This document shows, in pieces, positions 15,552-28,842 of a stretch of 64,000 nucleotides of DNA (position 1 is the stretch's first letter; every line of letters starts with the position of its first letter). A program made the position numbers and the translations under genes. A model generated the notes under the pieces. The model did no database searches and was not told the DNA's origin. It worked only from the letters and a program-made list of their open reading frames with translations. Origin of the DNA: the human T2T-CHM13v2.0 reference genome, Homo sapiens; assembly GCF_009914755.1 (NCBI RefSeq), contig NC_060926.1. One strand, 5' to 3'.

Positions 15552-15633
15552 AAAAAGCCCATTTAGTCCAGCCTGCTGGAGTGGCAGGTGACAGATTGAC
15601 AAAGAGAGGCTTGCTGAAAGAGTAATATCTGAG

Positions 15634-15751
15634 TTTTTTTTAAATTATACTTTAAGTTTTAGGGTACATGTGCACAACGTGCAGGTTTGTTACATGTGTA
15701 TACATGTGCCATCTTGGTATGCTGCACCCATAAACTCGTCATTTAGCATTA
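15634..15751 (-). mobile_element. L1PA (approx. PA3-PA5) extreme 3' end, ~118 bp
   Basis: TTATACTTTAAGTTTTAGGGTACATGTGCACAACGTGCAGGTTTGTTAC...AACTCGTCATTTAGCATTA; has ancestral GAG/A rather than the Ta ACA/G. Confidence 0.9.
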
Positions 15752-17630
15752 CTAGGAGTTATACAACCAACAATGACATGAATAAAAATTTGGGAAAGGG
15801 GGAAAAAAAAAGAATAAAGTTTGAGAGTACCAGGAAAATTGATGAAAGGTATGTGTTTAGAGTTTGACAGAAACAGGATTTTGAAGAGACCAGCTCAAGA
15901 TAGAAAGGTGAATTATACTATGTTGGCAAATGAGTATTGTAATTCCGGCTCAAAATAAATATATATAGAAGGTATGATCGAGGAAAAAAGCATTAAGGAC
16001 CACCCCAACACAATAGCCTGATAATCATATCTTTCCTGTGTCCCTATTAGATTTTTAGATTTAGATTTTTCCCATTCATACTATGCCTACCTGGGGTACC
16101 TTGCTATACTGATATTTTAAGTCTTTCATTAAGGTTTTCTTAGTTATAAAAATACAAGTCTTAAAGCACAAACTCAAGAGAATGTAATTTTTAAAACATC
16201 GTCTTATTTTCTTATAATCCACTCTAATACACTTTACCCAAGAAATTAAAATCCAGTATTTAATTTATGGGTTTATAAGTACATTGTCAGGGGAATGTAG
16301 CCATAAAATCCTCCAAAATAGGCTACCTGCTGAGGTCTCAGCAATTAACTTTATCTCATATGGTACAAAAACTTACTAAAGCATCTTACTTGATTGTTCT
16401 GGATACATATCGATGTTTTCTTGAGAATCAGTGCCAGATTCTCTTTGGGAAAGTATTTTAAAATAGAATTTACTATTAACAAATTACCAGTTAAATGTGA
16501 CTTAATATTCTCATTTTGACTCATACATTAACAAAGAACCAGAATGAATACCCATCTACTCTGAGGCCCAGAATACAATTCAAGTCTGAGATAACGGTTT
16601 TACAAACTCTGGAAAGAAGTTGAGGGTCACGATGGAGAAACAAAATGCTCTTTGTTTAAAAATGCCAATATAGCATATAGTTAAATGAATTTGAAATAGC
16701 ATTCTAAGGTTAATATTTAGAGGAGTAGCAAATCAGGTCAGTAGTTTGAATTTAGGCAGTGGAAAGTTGGAAAATAACCTATTTTCACTTCAAGGATGCA
16801 AAGGAGCTTGAAAACTTTGCAATTTTGTGCCAGCACATTACCATCAAAGAGGGTCACTATTTTATATTTCGGTTTAGCAATGGTAATATGATTTCAACAC
16901 TTTTGTCTTCAAATTATAAAGAACAATTTCAAGGAAACAATGAAAATGTCAAATTCCTTTCAAACAGACGAGAATTTTTATTTTTTTGGGGGGGGTATCT
17001 TTTCCATATTCACATCAGTTAGACGTGATGTTATAAATAATGAAATAAAAAGCACAAATTTTCCCTTTAGCACAATTCTTTCATTTTTTTTTTCTTTAGG
17101 ATAAATTAGATGAGAGAGGTAAAAATGTGATGAGAATTTTGAGTTCTTCTATGTTGATGTATTTACCTGTGTAACATTTTGTCATTATCATTCAATTCAT
17201 TAGATGCTGCCAATATTTTTTAGCTCTACAGATTGAAGCAATTAAGCTTCAGTTTGAAATTGTCTAAAATACAGAACATATTATTCTGTATAGCAAATAT
17301 GTTTCACCTCAATGAATCCCCAAAATGATTTGCAACTCTAATAAATTAGAATTGCTTTTTCTGAATTGAAAGGAATATAGCTTTGATATGAAGTTCCAGG
17401 AATATTTTACAATTATGAAAACAGAAAAACTAAGTAGATATTTCATTTCTTGTGTGTAAAGAATAAATGATCACATATTAAGAATATTAGAGAATGATGG
17501 AGATTATGTAGACATAAGTAATATGGGCTTCTTTCTCAGGGAAAAGTAAATGTTCATATCTAAAATTAAGAGCTAAACATCTGAGGCCCTAAATTCTTAT
17601 TATGTTTTTTCATCTTTAAAAGTAGATGTT

Positions 17631-17760
17631 ATAAAAAATTTCTGGAAATGCATAGTGATGTGTTCGTACAATATGAATATACTTACGTCACTGAATTGTA
17701 CGGCTAAAAGTAGTTAAGATGGTAAATTTTATGTTATATTTTACCACAATAAAAACTTTA
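17631..17760 (+). mobile_element. L1MB-type 3' end with recognisable TSD
   Basis: TCTGGAAATGCATAGTGATG...CTGAATTGTAC...GGTAAATTTTATGTTATATTTTACCACAATAAAAA; flanks AAAAGTAGATGTT / AAAAGTAGATATT. Confidence 0.85.
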
Positions 17761-18379
17761 AAAAAGTAGATATTGGTTTATTTACATTTTATACATACAT
17801 ACAAATGACTAAGAAATACCTATAACTCATATCTGAATGGCCAATGTAAATACAGTTTCATCTGTCAACTTGCCATGTATTCTAAGGTATGGGTTTCAAG
17901 AGTTTCTGAGTATCAGAGACAAGAACAGTTAGCCAGTCTGCCAGGCTATTTTTTTTCTTTATATTTACCCTCATTTTTCTTTAGTTTATAATTACCTCTA
18001 TTTGAATATTTACATAAAATATCATAGATTTGTGAATCTCTTGACTTCTAACATATATTTTGATCTTAGATTATGCACAGAAATTTAAAAATCAAGTTGT
18101 TTCCTCTGCCTTGTTAGAGTTAACAGATATTTCTAAATGGTGACGTATGTTGACCCTTTCCAGACCAATACAATCTCTTAACTGATGAAGATGTAAATAG
18201 GAATGGAATGGAAACGTGAGTTCTTTCTGCATCTAGTTCTACAAAATTCTCCTGAATGATCACATTGGTCAAACCGGAAATCCACTATGAGTTTGTCAAA
18301 ATTATAGCTGATCTTCACAACAATACAAGCATCTCTTCCAATATCTATTTATGAGAGGCATAAAATAAAGTTGCCGTTA

Positions 18380-18565
18380 CAGCATGGTATAGTGCTTCAA
18401 GCCTGTGTTGTACCACTTATTATCTATGACCTTGGTAAGTATTTAACCCTTTGTCTTTCTATTTCTTTACCTATAAAAATGCGGATAACAGTATTAATTA
18501 CTTCATGAGTTATAGCTCCTTTAGAACAATACCAGGCACATAATTCACTTTTATCAATGTTATTT
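18380..18565 (+). mobile_element. MIR
   Basis: ACCACTTATTATCTATGACCTTGGTAAGTATTTAACC...CTATAAAAATGCGGATAACAGTA...CAGGCACATAAT. Confidence 0.7.
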
Positions 18566-20994
18566 TTCATCTTTACCTTTATCTCCAGCATGAAACATCT
18601 ATTAGAGCTGAAAGATAATACATTTTGGTTATGACTGTATCTATTATCTTCAAAATGAATTTGGGAGACTGAATTATAGAATTTGACTATTACACGGATC
18701 AAGTAAACAAAGAATTGCCAAGTTTTCACTTGGCTAATTGATATGTATGTAATTATTCAGGAGTTTAAAAAAATACTCAATTACATCTAGTTTCAGGATG
18801 TCTGTGTTCTCCTAATGTGGTGTTACCTTTTTTGCATCTTAAGCTCACTGAAGTAGAGAGTAACTTCTATAAGTGCAAATTTCATAAATGTTTCTCCTTT
18901 ATCCCTGTTCCTTCCCACTGCATTATCTCTGACAGTGCTTCTGTCTCTGGCTGCGACACAGTGCAATTAGCAACAATTAATTAACCTTACAGAAAACCGG
19001 TTGGGATGCTGATTTAAGCTGTTTTTTTTTTTTTTTCTTTCTTTTTTCTTTTTCTCTCTTTGTGTCTGTAGAGCTTAGGGTTTGGGAGGGAATGAATTCA
19101 GCCAGCAGGGATTTCTTTTTATTTTAATATACCTACCACAAATCAAATGGATGTTTTTATATGAGATTTATTTTTCTACAATTTTATAAAGCTTTTCAAA
19201 AATAATACTTTACATTTTTTATTGTTTCTACATGACATTTGATTTATGCATATTATTTCTTATTTCACTGTTAATGTATGATTAGCACTACCAGTATTTT
19301 CAGGCAAAATAAACATAGTGCCTTTCCTTTAGACCCTTCTAATCTTAGTAAACAGAAAAACAATTTGTCTGTAAAGCAGATTTCATAGTCAAATAGTCAG
19401 TTTATATAAGTGGCGTATGCAAAGGATTATTATCAGTTTTGATCCCTTAACTTTCATTTCCTTGTTGATCATCTGCCCTAGAGTAAATCAGATCAATGTC
19501 ATTGATCAATTATTTCTATGTCTAAAAAATGCTTAAGGGTATAGAATCAATAACTCATTCTGAAAATCAACTCACAGACCCTCCCACTGAAATAAAACTA
19601 TTAAGAACTTGGTATCAGGCATGATTTATAATGAAAATATTGGTCAAACCCTGCTGTTACAAATGAAGGACAATGAAGTCTTAAAATGTAAGGTGAATTA
19701 AAAAAATAAATCAGACCATATCTAAGAAGTTTTGCTCTGCTTTTAAATGAATTACTGGTTTCTTGTGTGTTCTCTTTATTCTCTTTATTAAATCACTGAG
19801 GTCCTTGGTTGTAGAATAGATTCAAGCAGTAGTTGGCAACTTATATTTAGCAGAGACTGTTGGCTCATAAAATGTTAAAATATACATATTATAAAAGTGA
19901 GCCCACTTATTTATATTTATGAGTAACATTTCTTAATCATCCTTATGTACATTATCCAGTGGCAATATTGAAGTTTGTAGAAATGGTCAAAGTAGTTCTA
20001 ATTTAAAATATGTATGTAATTGGTTATGGGTTATGTTCCCATTTTGCCAGAGTTTTCCCATGTTCACAGTGAATCATTCCATCTTTTGGTAAGAGTTTAT
20101 TTCAAAACTACTTTCACTTATCTCCCAAGAAAACACTCATCTTCCATAGATCTGAAGATATTTGCAGTGGTGCTCCTTAGTTGATGCTGCATGGTTAAAA
20201 CAGCTCAGTTTTCTCTGATTATAATCATATAATTTTACCTAGGTATATTAACATAAAATAATCTCTTAAAATAACTCCATCACAAATGAGCTCTCTTAAA
20301 TTCTGAGACTCTCATTTCCCACTTTAGAGCATTTTCTCATATCATTACTAATATAACAGCTTTGTAATTATCCAACATAAATAAGTGCCTACTGCATGCA
20401 TATTTCTACTAGAATCCTTAAAGAGATGTGTATAAAATAGATGTGTTAAGAATTTCACCTATCAGTAATACCAAACTAATTTACTTTAAAATGATAAATT
20501 TTCATTATGATTTGTGAAACTTCTTTATCCACTCCAGTATATCAAAGCATCTTGCATTCTCTTTTGTTTCTGAACGCCCTCTTGAACATTTTGTATATGG
20601 CTAAAAATGTAACAACAACAAAAACAGAAAACTTGGCTTTTTAATTTTATTATCTGTTTTCTACCACTGTCATATAATGAGTAATTTAGAAATGGTAATG
20701 ATTTGCATGAAAGACACTTGTTTAAAGTTTTTTCTAGAAAAGCAATAACTGTTATTCTCATTTTAATAAGCTCCATGATTTCTTCCTCTGATGACTTTAA
20801 AAATTAGTCATAATTCAATATCAGAGAAAAAAAGAAAGTCAAGGGTCATCATTCACAAGAAAACAAAGAAAAACCAAAAAATAAAATATTGAAATCACTA
20901 AGATACAGATCTGGAAGAAAGTTTATTTTTAATATTACATTTTTATATATATGTCAGTTTTTCTATTTTATATTCTTTTAAGCTATTTGATCTT

Positions 20995-21376
20995 TGGTAT
21001 GGTTTGGCACTGTTTGGTATGGTTTGGTATGGTTGGCCACCCAAATCACACCTTGAATTCTAATAATCACCCTGTGTGAGAGTGGGACCAGGTAGAGAAA
21101 ACTGAATCATGGGCGTGGTTTCCTCCATTCTGTTCTTGTGGTAGTGAGTTCTCACGAGATCTGATGGTTTTATAATGGCTTCCCCTTTCACTCAGCACTT
21201 TCTCTCTTGCTGCCCTGTGAAGAGGTGACTTTGCTAGGATTTTAAGTTTCCTGAGGCCTCCCCAGCCATGGGGAAGTGTAAGTCAATTAAAACTATGAGT
21301 CAATTAAACCTATTTTCTTTATAAATTACCCAGTCTCAGGTATTTCTTCATAGCAGCATGAGAACAGACCAATACG
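20995..21376 (+). mobile_element. THE1D/MSTA-like MaLR solo LTR
   Basis: TGGTATGGTTTGG start, GAGATCTGATGGTTTTATAA, ATAAATTACCCAGTCTCAGGTATTTCTTCATAGCAGC; 5-bp TSD ATCTT/GTCTT. Confidence 0.9.
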
Positions 21377-23119
21377 GTCTTCATACGGCATTACTTTTAG
21401 TAGACATCTCATGCTAATAACCAATTTATAGTTCATAAGCCATTTTATCTTCTTTAGCTTTACATATGGAATACACACTATTGATTAGATGTCTACAATT
21501 TCTCTTACACACTGAAATTCTATGATTCTTTAAAAACTGTGACTATCCAGTGTTTCTCAAAGCACTAAAGATTTCAGTTTCAACATGTTTTCAAGCTTTA
21601 TCCTAAAATACAGATAGCATCTGATAATCTTTTACCAACTGACGTGAAACAAATTTGCCCAGCTACATTTCAGCAATTAGAAGGCTGAATAAAGTCTATA
21701 ATCAGATAAACAACATATAGCCTACTTGTAAAGAAGTACTTCAAGACAATAAACTGACCAGAAACTAAAATACTCTAAAAATGAATGTTAAATACTTTAA
21801 AATTTAAAAATATTAATCATATATGATATGAAGCATCTCTACATTGGAATTAAATCAGCTATCCATTTTTAAAATTTTAATTTATAGCAGTAATCTTGCT
21901 CAAATTGAAAATTAAATTTCCTTTGCTAGTTTATTACTTGTCTCTAAAGTTTTTATTTTTAGTGCAAAGGAATTGACAAGTTTTTTTACAACATATAAAG
22001 AAAGCAGCTGTCTTAGTGTTTAAACCCACCAAGCTAAACTTTACTCTTAGACCATTCTTGTCTATGCACAGGTAGAGCTAGGCTATTCCAAACAATGTGG
22101 CTGGAGTTACATGTTTATGGTTAAGACAACAACTATAATTACCAACAAATAAAAAAGCCATGATTTTTAATGCATACAATATTTAAGAGTGGTGTATGTG
22201 TGTATCTATATGCACACACATATTTGATATTTTTAAGTAGCTGACTTGCTGTTATACTAAGCTGACTGTCATTCTGTTAGACTCACATAATATTTAACCA
22301 AAATTTCTTTTAATAATAGCACATTTTAGACTAAGATAGCTGTAATTTTCTGTAATCAGTGTAATTGTACTTAAAGCTAAGCCAGTCAATTAAGATCTCC
22401 CAAAGCTACCTTTCCAACATCACTTGAAGATTCAGTGGTTCTTCGGGTAACTGGTACATAGGTCCCTACCCGTTTTTCATTTTGCACTTTTTCAGAGTAA
22501 ATATTCTAGATGGTTCATCATATCATACTGAAGGCTACAAATTATTTGTTCATTTGTATTCAATTAATATGGTGAGGTTAACTTCATCTTCCTTAAACAC
22601 TTAGTTACACATGAAATCTTTTACTGTGATATTATGTTTATAGATCTTTTGGTCATTATGTAAATGTATTTGTAACACAAACATTTGTTCTCTAAACTTT
22701 CCTAAGCAACCATCATTCTTTTGATGCTTACTTGGTCTTTCAGTGGAAAATCTCTTCTAAATTTCTCCAACAACTATTATGTCATTCACACTTATGTCCA
22801 GCATATTGTGATCACCCTTAACATAGAAAATTCCACGTTTTGTAATTATCAATAATTGGCAAAAATATTGTGCCCTGTGCCAATCCTTTCATAAGAAATT
22901 AAAATTTCCTTAATGGAGGAAAACATTTTTATAGGTCAAAATAGTTCAATGTAAGCAAGTTCAGATATTTCAACCTCATACGCACACACACACATAACTG
23001 CACATATATAAGTAACTATTTTACATGTAATATAAAATTGCACTCCTTATTTAAGGACACAGTGCTCAGTAGCCTGTATACATCAGCCTTAAAAATCAAT
23101 CTCAATAAATATTCCGCTC

Positions 23120-23245
23120 CTCTTTTAGAGGAAACAGACTTAGTTTTTATTTCACATGACTAAACTTACATAAGGAGGAGGAATCAGGGAAGATTCAAAT
23201 TCAGGCTGATTGACTGCAAAGCCTGTAGTTTTCAACATTACCTTG
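23120..23245 (-). mobile_element. MIR fragment
   Basis: TTTTAGAGGAAACAGACTTAG...AGATTCAAATTCAGGCTGATTGACTGCAAAGCCTGTAG. Confidence 0.6.
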
Positions 23246-23388
23246 CTTCTATGTACATGTTAGTCATTCAACAAACACTTGTCCCTATTACTTGGTTTTT
23301 ACACTGCTCATCCCAAATTTTGAGTACTATTTCTAGGAAAATGAAGAAAAACTCCCTATTGCACATGCAATAGAAGAGTGACACTCTA

Positions 23389-23700
23389 TAGTCATTCATC
23401 AATATCCCTGGTATTCCTGTGGGACTGGCTCCAGGACTCCCTTGGATATCAAAAATCTGTGGATGCTCAAGTCCCTCGTATATTTTTATATAACCTATCC
23501 CTGATATATTTGCATACAGCCCACAGCGCATCCCTCTATATACTTTAATCTCTAGTATAATACCAAATACAATGTAATGTATATAGTCATTATACTGTAT
23601 TGTTTTCATTTGTATTTTCTAATCATTTATTCCCCAAATATTTTTAATCACAGTTGGTTGATTCCACAGGTGTGGAGCCCACAGATACAGAGAACTGGGA
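23389..23700 (+). mobile_element. MER2 (TcMar-Tigger non-autonomous DNA transposon)
   Basis: GGACTGGCTCCAGGACTCC...AAAATCTGTGGATGCTCAAGTCCC...GTTGGTTGATTCCACAGGTGTGGAGCCCACAGATACAGAG; explains ORFs 23268..23609 and 23619..23825. Confidence 0.85.
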
Positions 23701-24519
23701 GCATATCTACGCATTTCTTTTAATAGATTTAGCCTCTCATAATGGATGATTTTAAGGGAATATTTTGAATGGGACCATGGACTGAGTGGATGGGAAAGAT
23801 GAGAACTTAATGAAGAGGAAAGCAATTATATAAGCATCAATTCTGTGCATTAATGCCCCACATTGCCCCCATTAATTGGAATAGATGGTTTTCCCAAAGG
23901 CCTGACTTTTTTACCACACACGAAAATGTCTACTTAGGAAAAATGAGTGCAGTGGCTTCTTAAGTAAAATTTTACTCCGCATTTCTGTAATTTAGTGTCT
24001 CAACTTGTTACAGAAAAATACATATAAAGACTGGAAGAAAACACCATGATTAAGAAACATCTGTGTGTGTCACATATGAACTTGTGCCATTTGGTCATAG
24101 ACCTTTCTCATTGAAAACCTGCATTCTGCCCGGTGTGGGAAATTAATGTTGATTGTGGATGGTGTCCTAGTTGGGTTGAAGCTATTAATTCACTCTGTGT
24201 CAGGATTCTGGCATGATATTTTAGCTATGCCTACCTTCTCTTCATTTTCCTCCAGGACACACTATGAAATGACTGGAGTCAGTGCTCAGGGCTCCATAGA
24301 TCTCTAAAGACTATAAAGTTGTTTTAATTGCTAAACAGAATTTTTGCTGACTATATCCTAAATCACTGTAATTTTAGCAAGTACCAACACTGAGATCAAA
24401 CCGTATGTTTTACTTGACAGGCATTGCTGGGTGGCTGAATTTTCCAGGCAAATTAAATTTGCCTTTTTAATCAAAATAGTATTTTCATTCTAGTTTTAAA
24501 AAATCCATTGGAGTCATGC

Positions 24520-25040
24520 CAGGAAAATAAATCCATGGTAAAAAACCAAGCTGAAAGAGTTCTGGTACAGGGGATTGCTTGCATTTCTGTTGGAAAAGAT
24601 GAAAGAGTGAAGAGAAAGGGAGAGAGCAGGGGTAGCAAGTGTTTAGAAAGGATCAGTTACCCAAAGACCAGGAATCTGCTATTGCTCGAGGACCACAAGC
24701 CAGTATCTGTTGCTAAACTGCTAATTATAGGAGCCCCCTTGCCTCAAGACTCCTGGAAACAATGGTGACCTCTGGATACAATCCAGGAGTCTTCATTCAC
24801 TATGAGGATATTCAAACCACCTCACTGAGGCCTATCACCATCTCCCATTGCTTGTAATCATCTGCTGCTGCTGGGGGCTCCACTAGGAGCAGGAAATTTT
24901 TTTTTCCCCTCCACCTTCCAATCTTCTAGCATCGGCTCCCATTGGTAATGCCTATCAGGAAACTCAGAAAAGAAATCTGGGAAATGCCTTTTCCAGGTTC
25001 AGATCAGTCTGAAGCTGATATCACATGGAGCTGATAGCCA
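24520..25040. mobile_element. Old ERV LTR-like relic (LTR78-like; family uncertain)
   Basis: CCACCTTCCAATCTTCTAGCATCGGCTCCCATTGG...AATCTGGGAAATGCC resembles ancient eutherian LTRs; locally raised GC. Confidence 0.4.
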
Positions 25041-26571
25041 ATAGACAGGATTCAGAATGGATTTATTTTATTATCCTATTTTCTTTATTTCCTTTTCTAA
25101 CCATTGATTCATTGAGATAAAGTCTACAAAGTGTCTTTGGCAGTGACTGGACCATTATAAAGTTACACACTAAATGTCAGTCCTATAGGTGAAGGTCTTC
25201 CTAAAATCAGTTTATATTTCCTTGCCTTCTGTAACAAAGGCAACTGAATATAATTTAACTTTTTTTGATGACTCAAGGTTAACTTTAAAATGGCAATGTT
25301 CACATTGCCTTTCATAATTTTGAGATACAGAACGAAGCTTGACCAAATGCTCTTGTATCCACACTGCTATACTTTTAAGGTTTATGTTTTTTTCTTTGTC
25401 CTCATCTTCTACCTTATCAACAATTACTTCATCTAATTGTCATGTTTTCCCATTTAATAGTATCCTTACTGCTCTTGACTTTGACAACTGATTTGTTATA
25501 AGTCAAGATCCAAAACACCCAAAATTTCTTTATTTTACAAGAAGGAAATCTAAATGGAACCCTGAGTGGCAGTCTTTGAGAGTTCTCTTCATGAGCAACA
25601 TGCTTGAATGTGCCTGTTCAGAGATCACTTTTGTCTGTTCTCCGTTTTCTTCTATTTTCCAGAGAGTTGTAGTTGTTTGCTAAGTACCCTCCAGGTAGTT
25701 GAGCTGTTAATGTAATAGTGGCCAGCTGGCAACAACAGGCTGATTTTGTTAATGGCCTTAGGTGCATTCTGAATGATTCATCTCATAATAAAAATTATTT
25801 CATAATAGAGGGAAATAAATCCTTTCTCTTTATGAACACAATGATGGTTTCTTTTGGAAATTCACGAAAGTCGATCGTGCTTTGTAGACTATGAAAATGA
25901 GCTTAGAGAATCAGTGAATCACACAAAATATTTTCATGCATTATTTCTAGATCTTATATTAAATATATACGTATATATGTGTATTTATACTGTGTGAGTA
26001 TACATGTGTGCATGTTGTGTATTTACATGTATGTATATCTATCTCTATCTCTCTATTGGAAAGGAATGGTGAGTGCAAGAGACTAAAGAAAACCGGGAAG
26101 AAAACATTTTAAATGGGAGGTAAATGTAAGGATATCATGAAAGAAACCTTGGCACTTGTCTCTGTTGCCCTACAGCAGGACATTATAAGCTAGTACAATT
26201 AATTGCCCATATATAAAATAATATTACTTTTATCTATCTCTTCTATAGTTCTGTCCACCTTACATTTTAGACCTTCTTATCTTTACCATCTTATGCCTAG
26301 TACTGAAAGAAGTAGCTCCCAGACATAAAGATTGAGATTATGCTTTCCTAATATCCTACAGCTGCCTTTTTCACGCTCCTACCTGTGAGCGGTATGAAAA
26401 CTGAAGGGGTATTAGCACATATATAGCACTGAGGCAACCCCTTGTGTCAGAGTCACATATCCCATTTGTAACAAAGTGAGGACAAAACTAGGAATCCTTA
26501 TGTTTGAAAATCCTTAGAATTTTAAAAGTGGGAGGAACATAATGAAAATAATAATTTATATAATAATAATA

Positions 26572-27088
26572 GCATATTAGTTTTCTATTGCTGCTATTTA
26601 AAAATTGCCATAAACTTAGTGCATTCAAGCAACACGAATTTATTTACTTACAGTACAGGTAGATCAGAAGTCTGACACAAGTCTCGGTTGGCCAAAAATC
26701 AAGGTGTCTGCAGTGCTAGTTCCTCCTACGGGAAAATGTTTCCTTGCCTTTTCCAAATTCTACTAGCTGCCAACTTCTGTTTTCTTATGGCCCCTTCCTC
26801 CATCTTTGACACAAAGAATGGCTAGCTGAGTCCTTCTCACTGAATATCACTCTTACCCCTGCCTTAGCTCATCTGCTTCTGACTCTGACTCTTCCGCCTC
26901 CCTCTTTTAGCGGCCCCTGTGATTACATTGGGCCCACCTGGATAATCATCTCCCTATTTTAAGGTCAGCTGATTGGCACACTAATTCCATCTGCTATCTT
27001 AATTCCCTTTTACCTTTTAATTCACATACTCACAGGCTCTAGTGATGAGAACATGGGCATTTTCAGGAGGCCATTACTCTGCCTACAC
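26572..27088 (-). mobile_element. MLT1D-like MaLR LTR
   Basis: TATTAGTTTTCTATTGCTGCT...AGATCAGAAGTCTGACAC...GATTACATTGGGCCCACCTGGATAATC...GGCCATTACTCTGCCTAC. Confidence 0.85.
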
Positions 27089-27441
27089 TAGTCAGGAAAA
27101 ACAATAATACAAATAAATGCTCCCATAGTTTCATGTACTTGTCATAAAATCCCTATCCATTAGAAAGCTTCATCTTGTGAGAGAGGAAATAATATCCTAT
27201 GGGATTTTAGCTTTTATTGGTGAAAACTTTCAAGAAACGTAAATATAAAATGTTAGAATTGTTTAAGACTTTTATTCTGTGGAAGATAATTAAGTGAAAT
27301 TAAAAGAAAACATTGAAATTTTCTGTTGGGGAAATTCACAAAAATGCATACAATGTGGGTTTTAAAAAAGCTTCAGTTTTGTGGAAAAGAGGGAAGAAAA
27401 AGGATACTAATGATCTTATACCCATTAAGAAGTTATAAGTA

Positions 27442-27697
27442 GGCAGGAAGCGGTGGCTCACGCCTGTAATCCCAGCACTTTTGAAGGCCAAGGCTGGCAG
27501 ATCATGAGGTCAAGAGATCAAGACCATCCTGGCCAACATGATGAAAGTCTGTCTCTACTCAAAATACAAAAATTAGCTTGGCATGGTGGCGGGCGCCTGC
27601 AGTCCCGAACCCGGGAGGCAGATGTTGCAGTGAGCTGAGATAATGACACTGCACTCCAGCCTGGCAACAGAGCGAGACTCAAAAAAAAAAAAAAAAA
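27442..27697 (+). mobile_element. AluSc with ~34-bp right-arm deletion
   Basis: GATCATGAGGTCAAGAGATCAAGACCATCCTGGCCAAC and CCTGGCAACAGAG diagnostics; junction AGTCCC|GAACCC; TSD AAGTTATAAGT (27430-27440 / 27696-27706). Confidence 0.93.
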
Positions 27698-27859
27698 GTT
27701 ATAAGTGATTGTTACTTTAAAATAGCTTTATTACCTATCTCAAATCTCTAAGACCTAAAAGTAGCCGAATGACATAGGTGTGAATGAATCAACACTGACT
27801 CTTACTTGTTGCTTAGTTTGTGTGATAATTTCATCATGTCATCCTGACCTCCCCTAATA

Positions 27860-28000
27860 TCATTGAACCTCTACAGATCTGTTACCACATCAGTCAAAGA
27901 TGTTAATAGTTTTTACTTTGCAAGGTAGTACTGAGGTTAAATGAGATAACGTGGGAAAACCAATAGGGACATAAGAAATGTTCAATAAACTGTAGCCATT
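27860..28000 (+). mobile_element. MIR 3' part
   Basis: GGTAGTACTGAGGTTAAATGAGATAACGT...ATAAGAAATGTTCAATAAACTGTAGC. Confidence 0.6.
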
Positions 28001-28638
28001 GAGAGCCTTTATTTTCAGTTACATTATTCCCATCTGCACAGGATATGATGCTGGATTGTCTGGCTAAAAAGAAACAAGGAAGAACTATGACATAGCAGTT
28101 CTCAATTCTCAGCTCGACCATGTGGAATTTACCTTTATTTAAAATTTTAAAATATTTCCTGTATTTAAATTTTTTCTTTCCCCCCCCCCTACAAACTAGT
28201 GACACAAAGTAAGAAAAAATAGTCCCTCCAAGGATTCGCTCAAATAGTGAATTCCTTTGGGGTTTTTATATACGCATTTGAAAAATAAATTACTATTTAG
28301 TAAAATGTCAGAGAGAGAAAAGTAAATCACAAGTGAATCCAACCCTTCAGCTCTTTGCTATCTTGACTCATAAATAATTGTTTTTCTTGAGGGCAGTGGC
28401 CAGCTTGTATTCAATGTATCAAATTGTATAGGTTTCTTAGAGTTTATCACCTGTAGAAGTGGGAGACAGTGATGCCCAGAGCATCACTCTGCAGATCTGT
28501 CACTGCCTGAGAGTGCACAGACCAGGGTCAAGAACCAAGTGGGCTTAGAAAACTGAGTATGAGTGCTTGTTGAAATCAAATGAAACTTCAAATGCCCGCG
28601 AGGCCAAACTGAAAGGGCAATGGCAGACACCTGACACT

Positions 28639-28702
28639 AGTTCAGTAGCTAAGATTTTGCACTTTTTCACCACAACAGCCTGGTTTTAATTTCTAAATCA
28701 AG
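28639..28702 (+). pseudogene. Degenerate tRNA-Glu-like sequence at the edge of the ERV internal fragment
   Basis: AGTTCAGTAGCTAAGATTTTGCACTTTTTCACCACAACAGCCTGGTTTTAATTTCTAAATCAAG is colinear with tRNA-Glu GGTCTAGTGGCTAGGATTCGGCGCTTTCACCGCCGCGGCCCGGGTTCGATTCCCGGTCAGG; many mismatches fall at CpG positions. Confidence 0.6.
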
Positions 28703-28842
28703 ACCTTTCTGGTTTGATATTTGTGTTACGTTTCAAATATCAGCAGTTTGTTCCTGCTAAAATATGGTAGTAAGAGATTTAACAGGATTTTGTTAAAGAG
28801 CTCAATGGTTAAAATCAGCTTAATTAAAATGTAATATCCAAG

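Noticed and set aside
15634-15751. Second short L1 3' end as a possible young insertion
   Set aside because: Has ancestral GAG/A states, several substitutions and no convincing TSD, so it is an older L1PA
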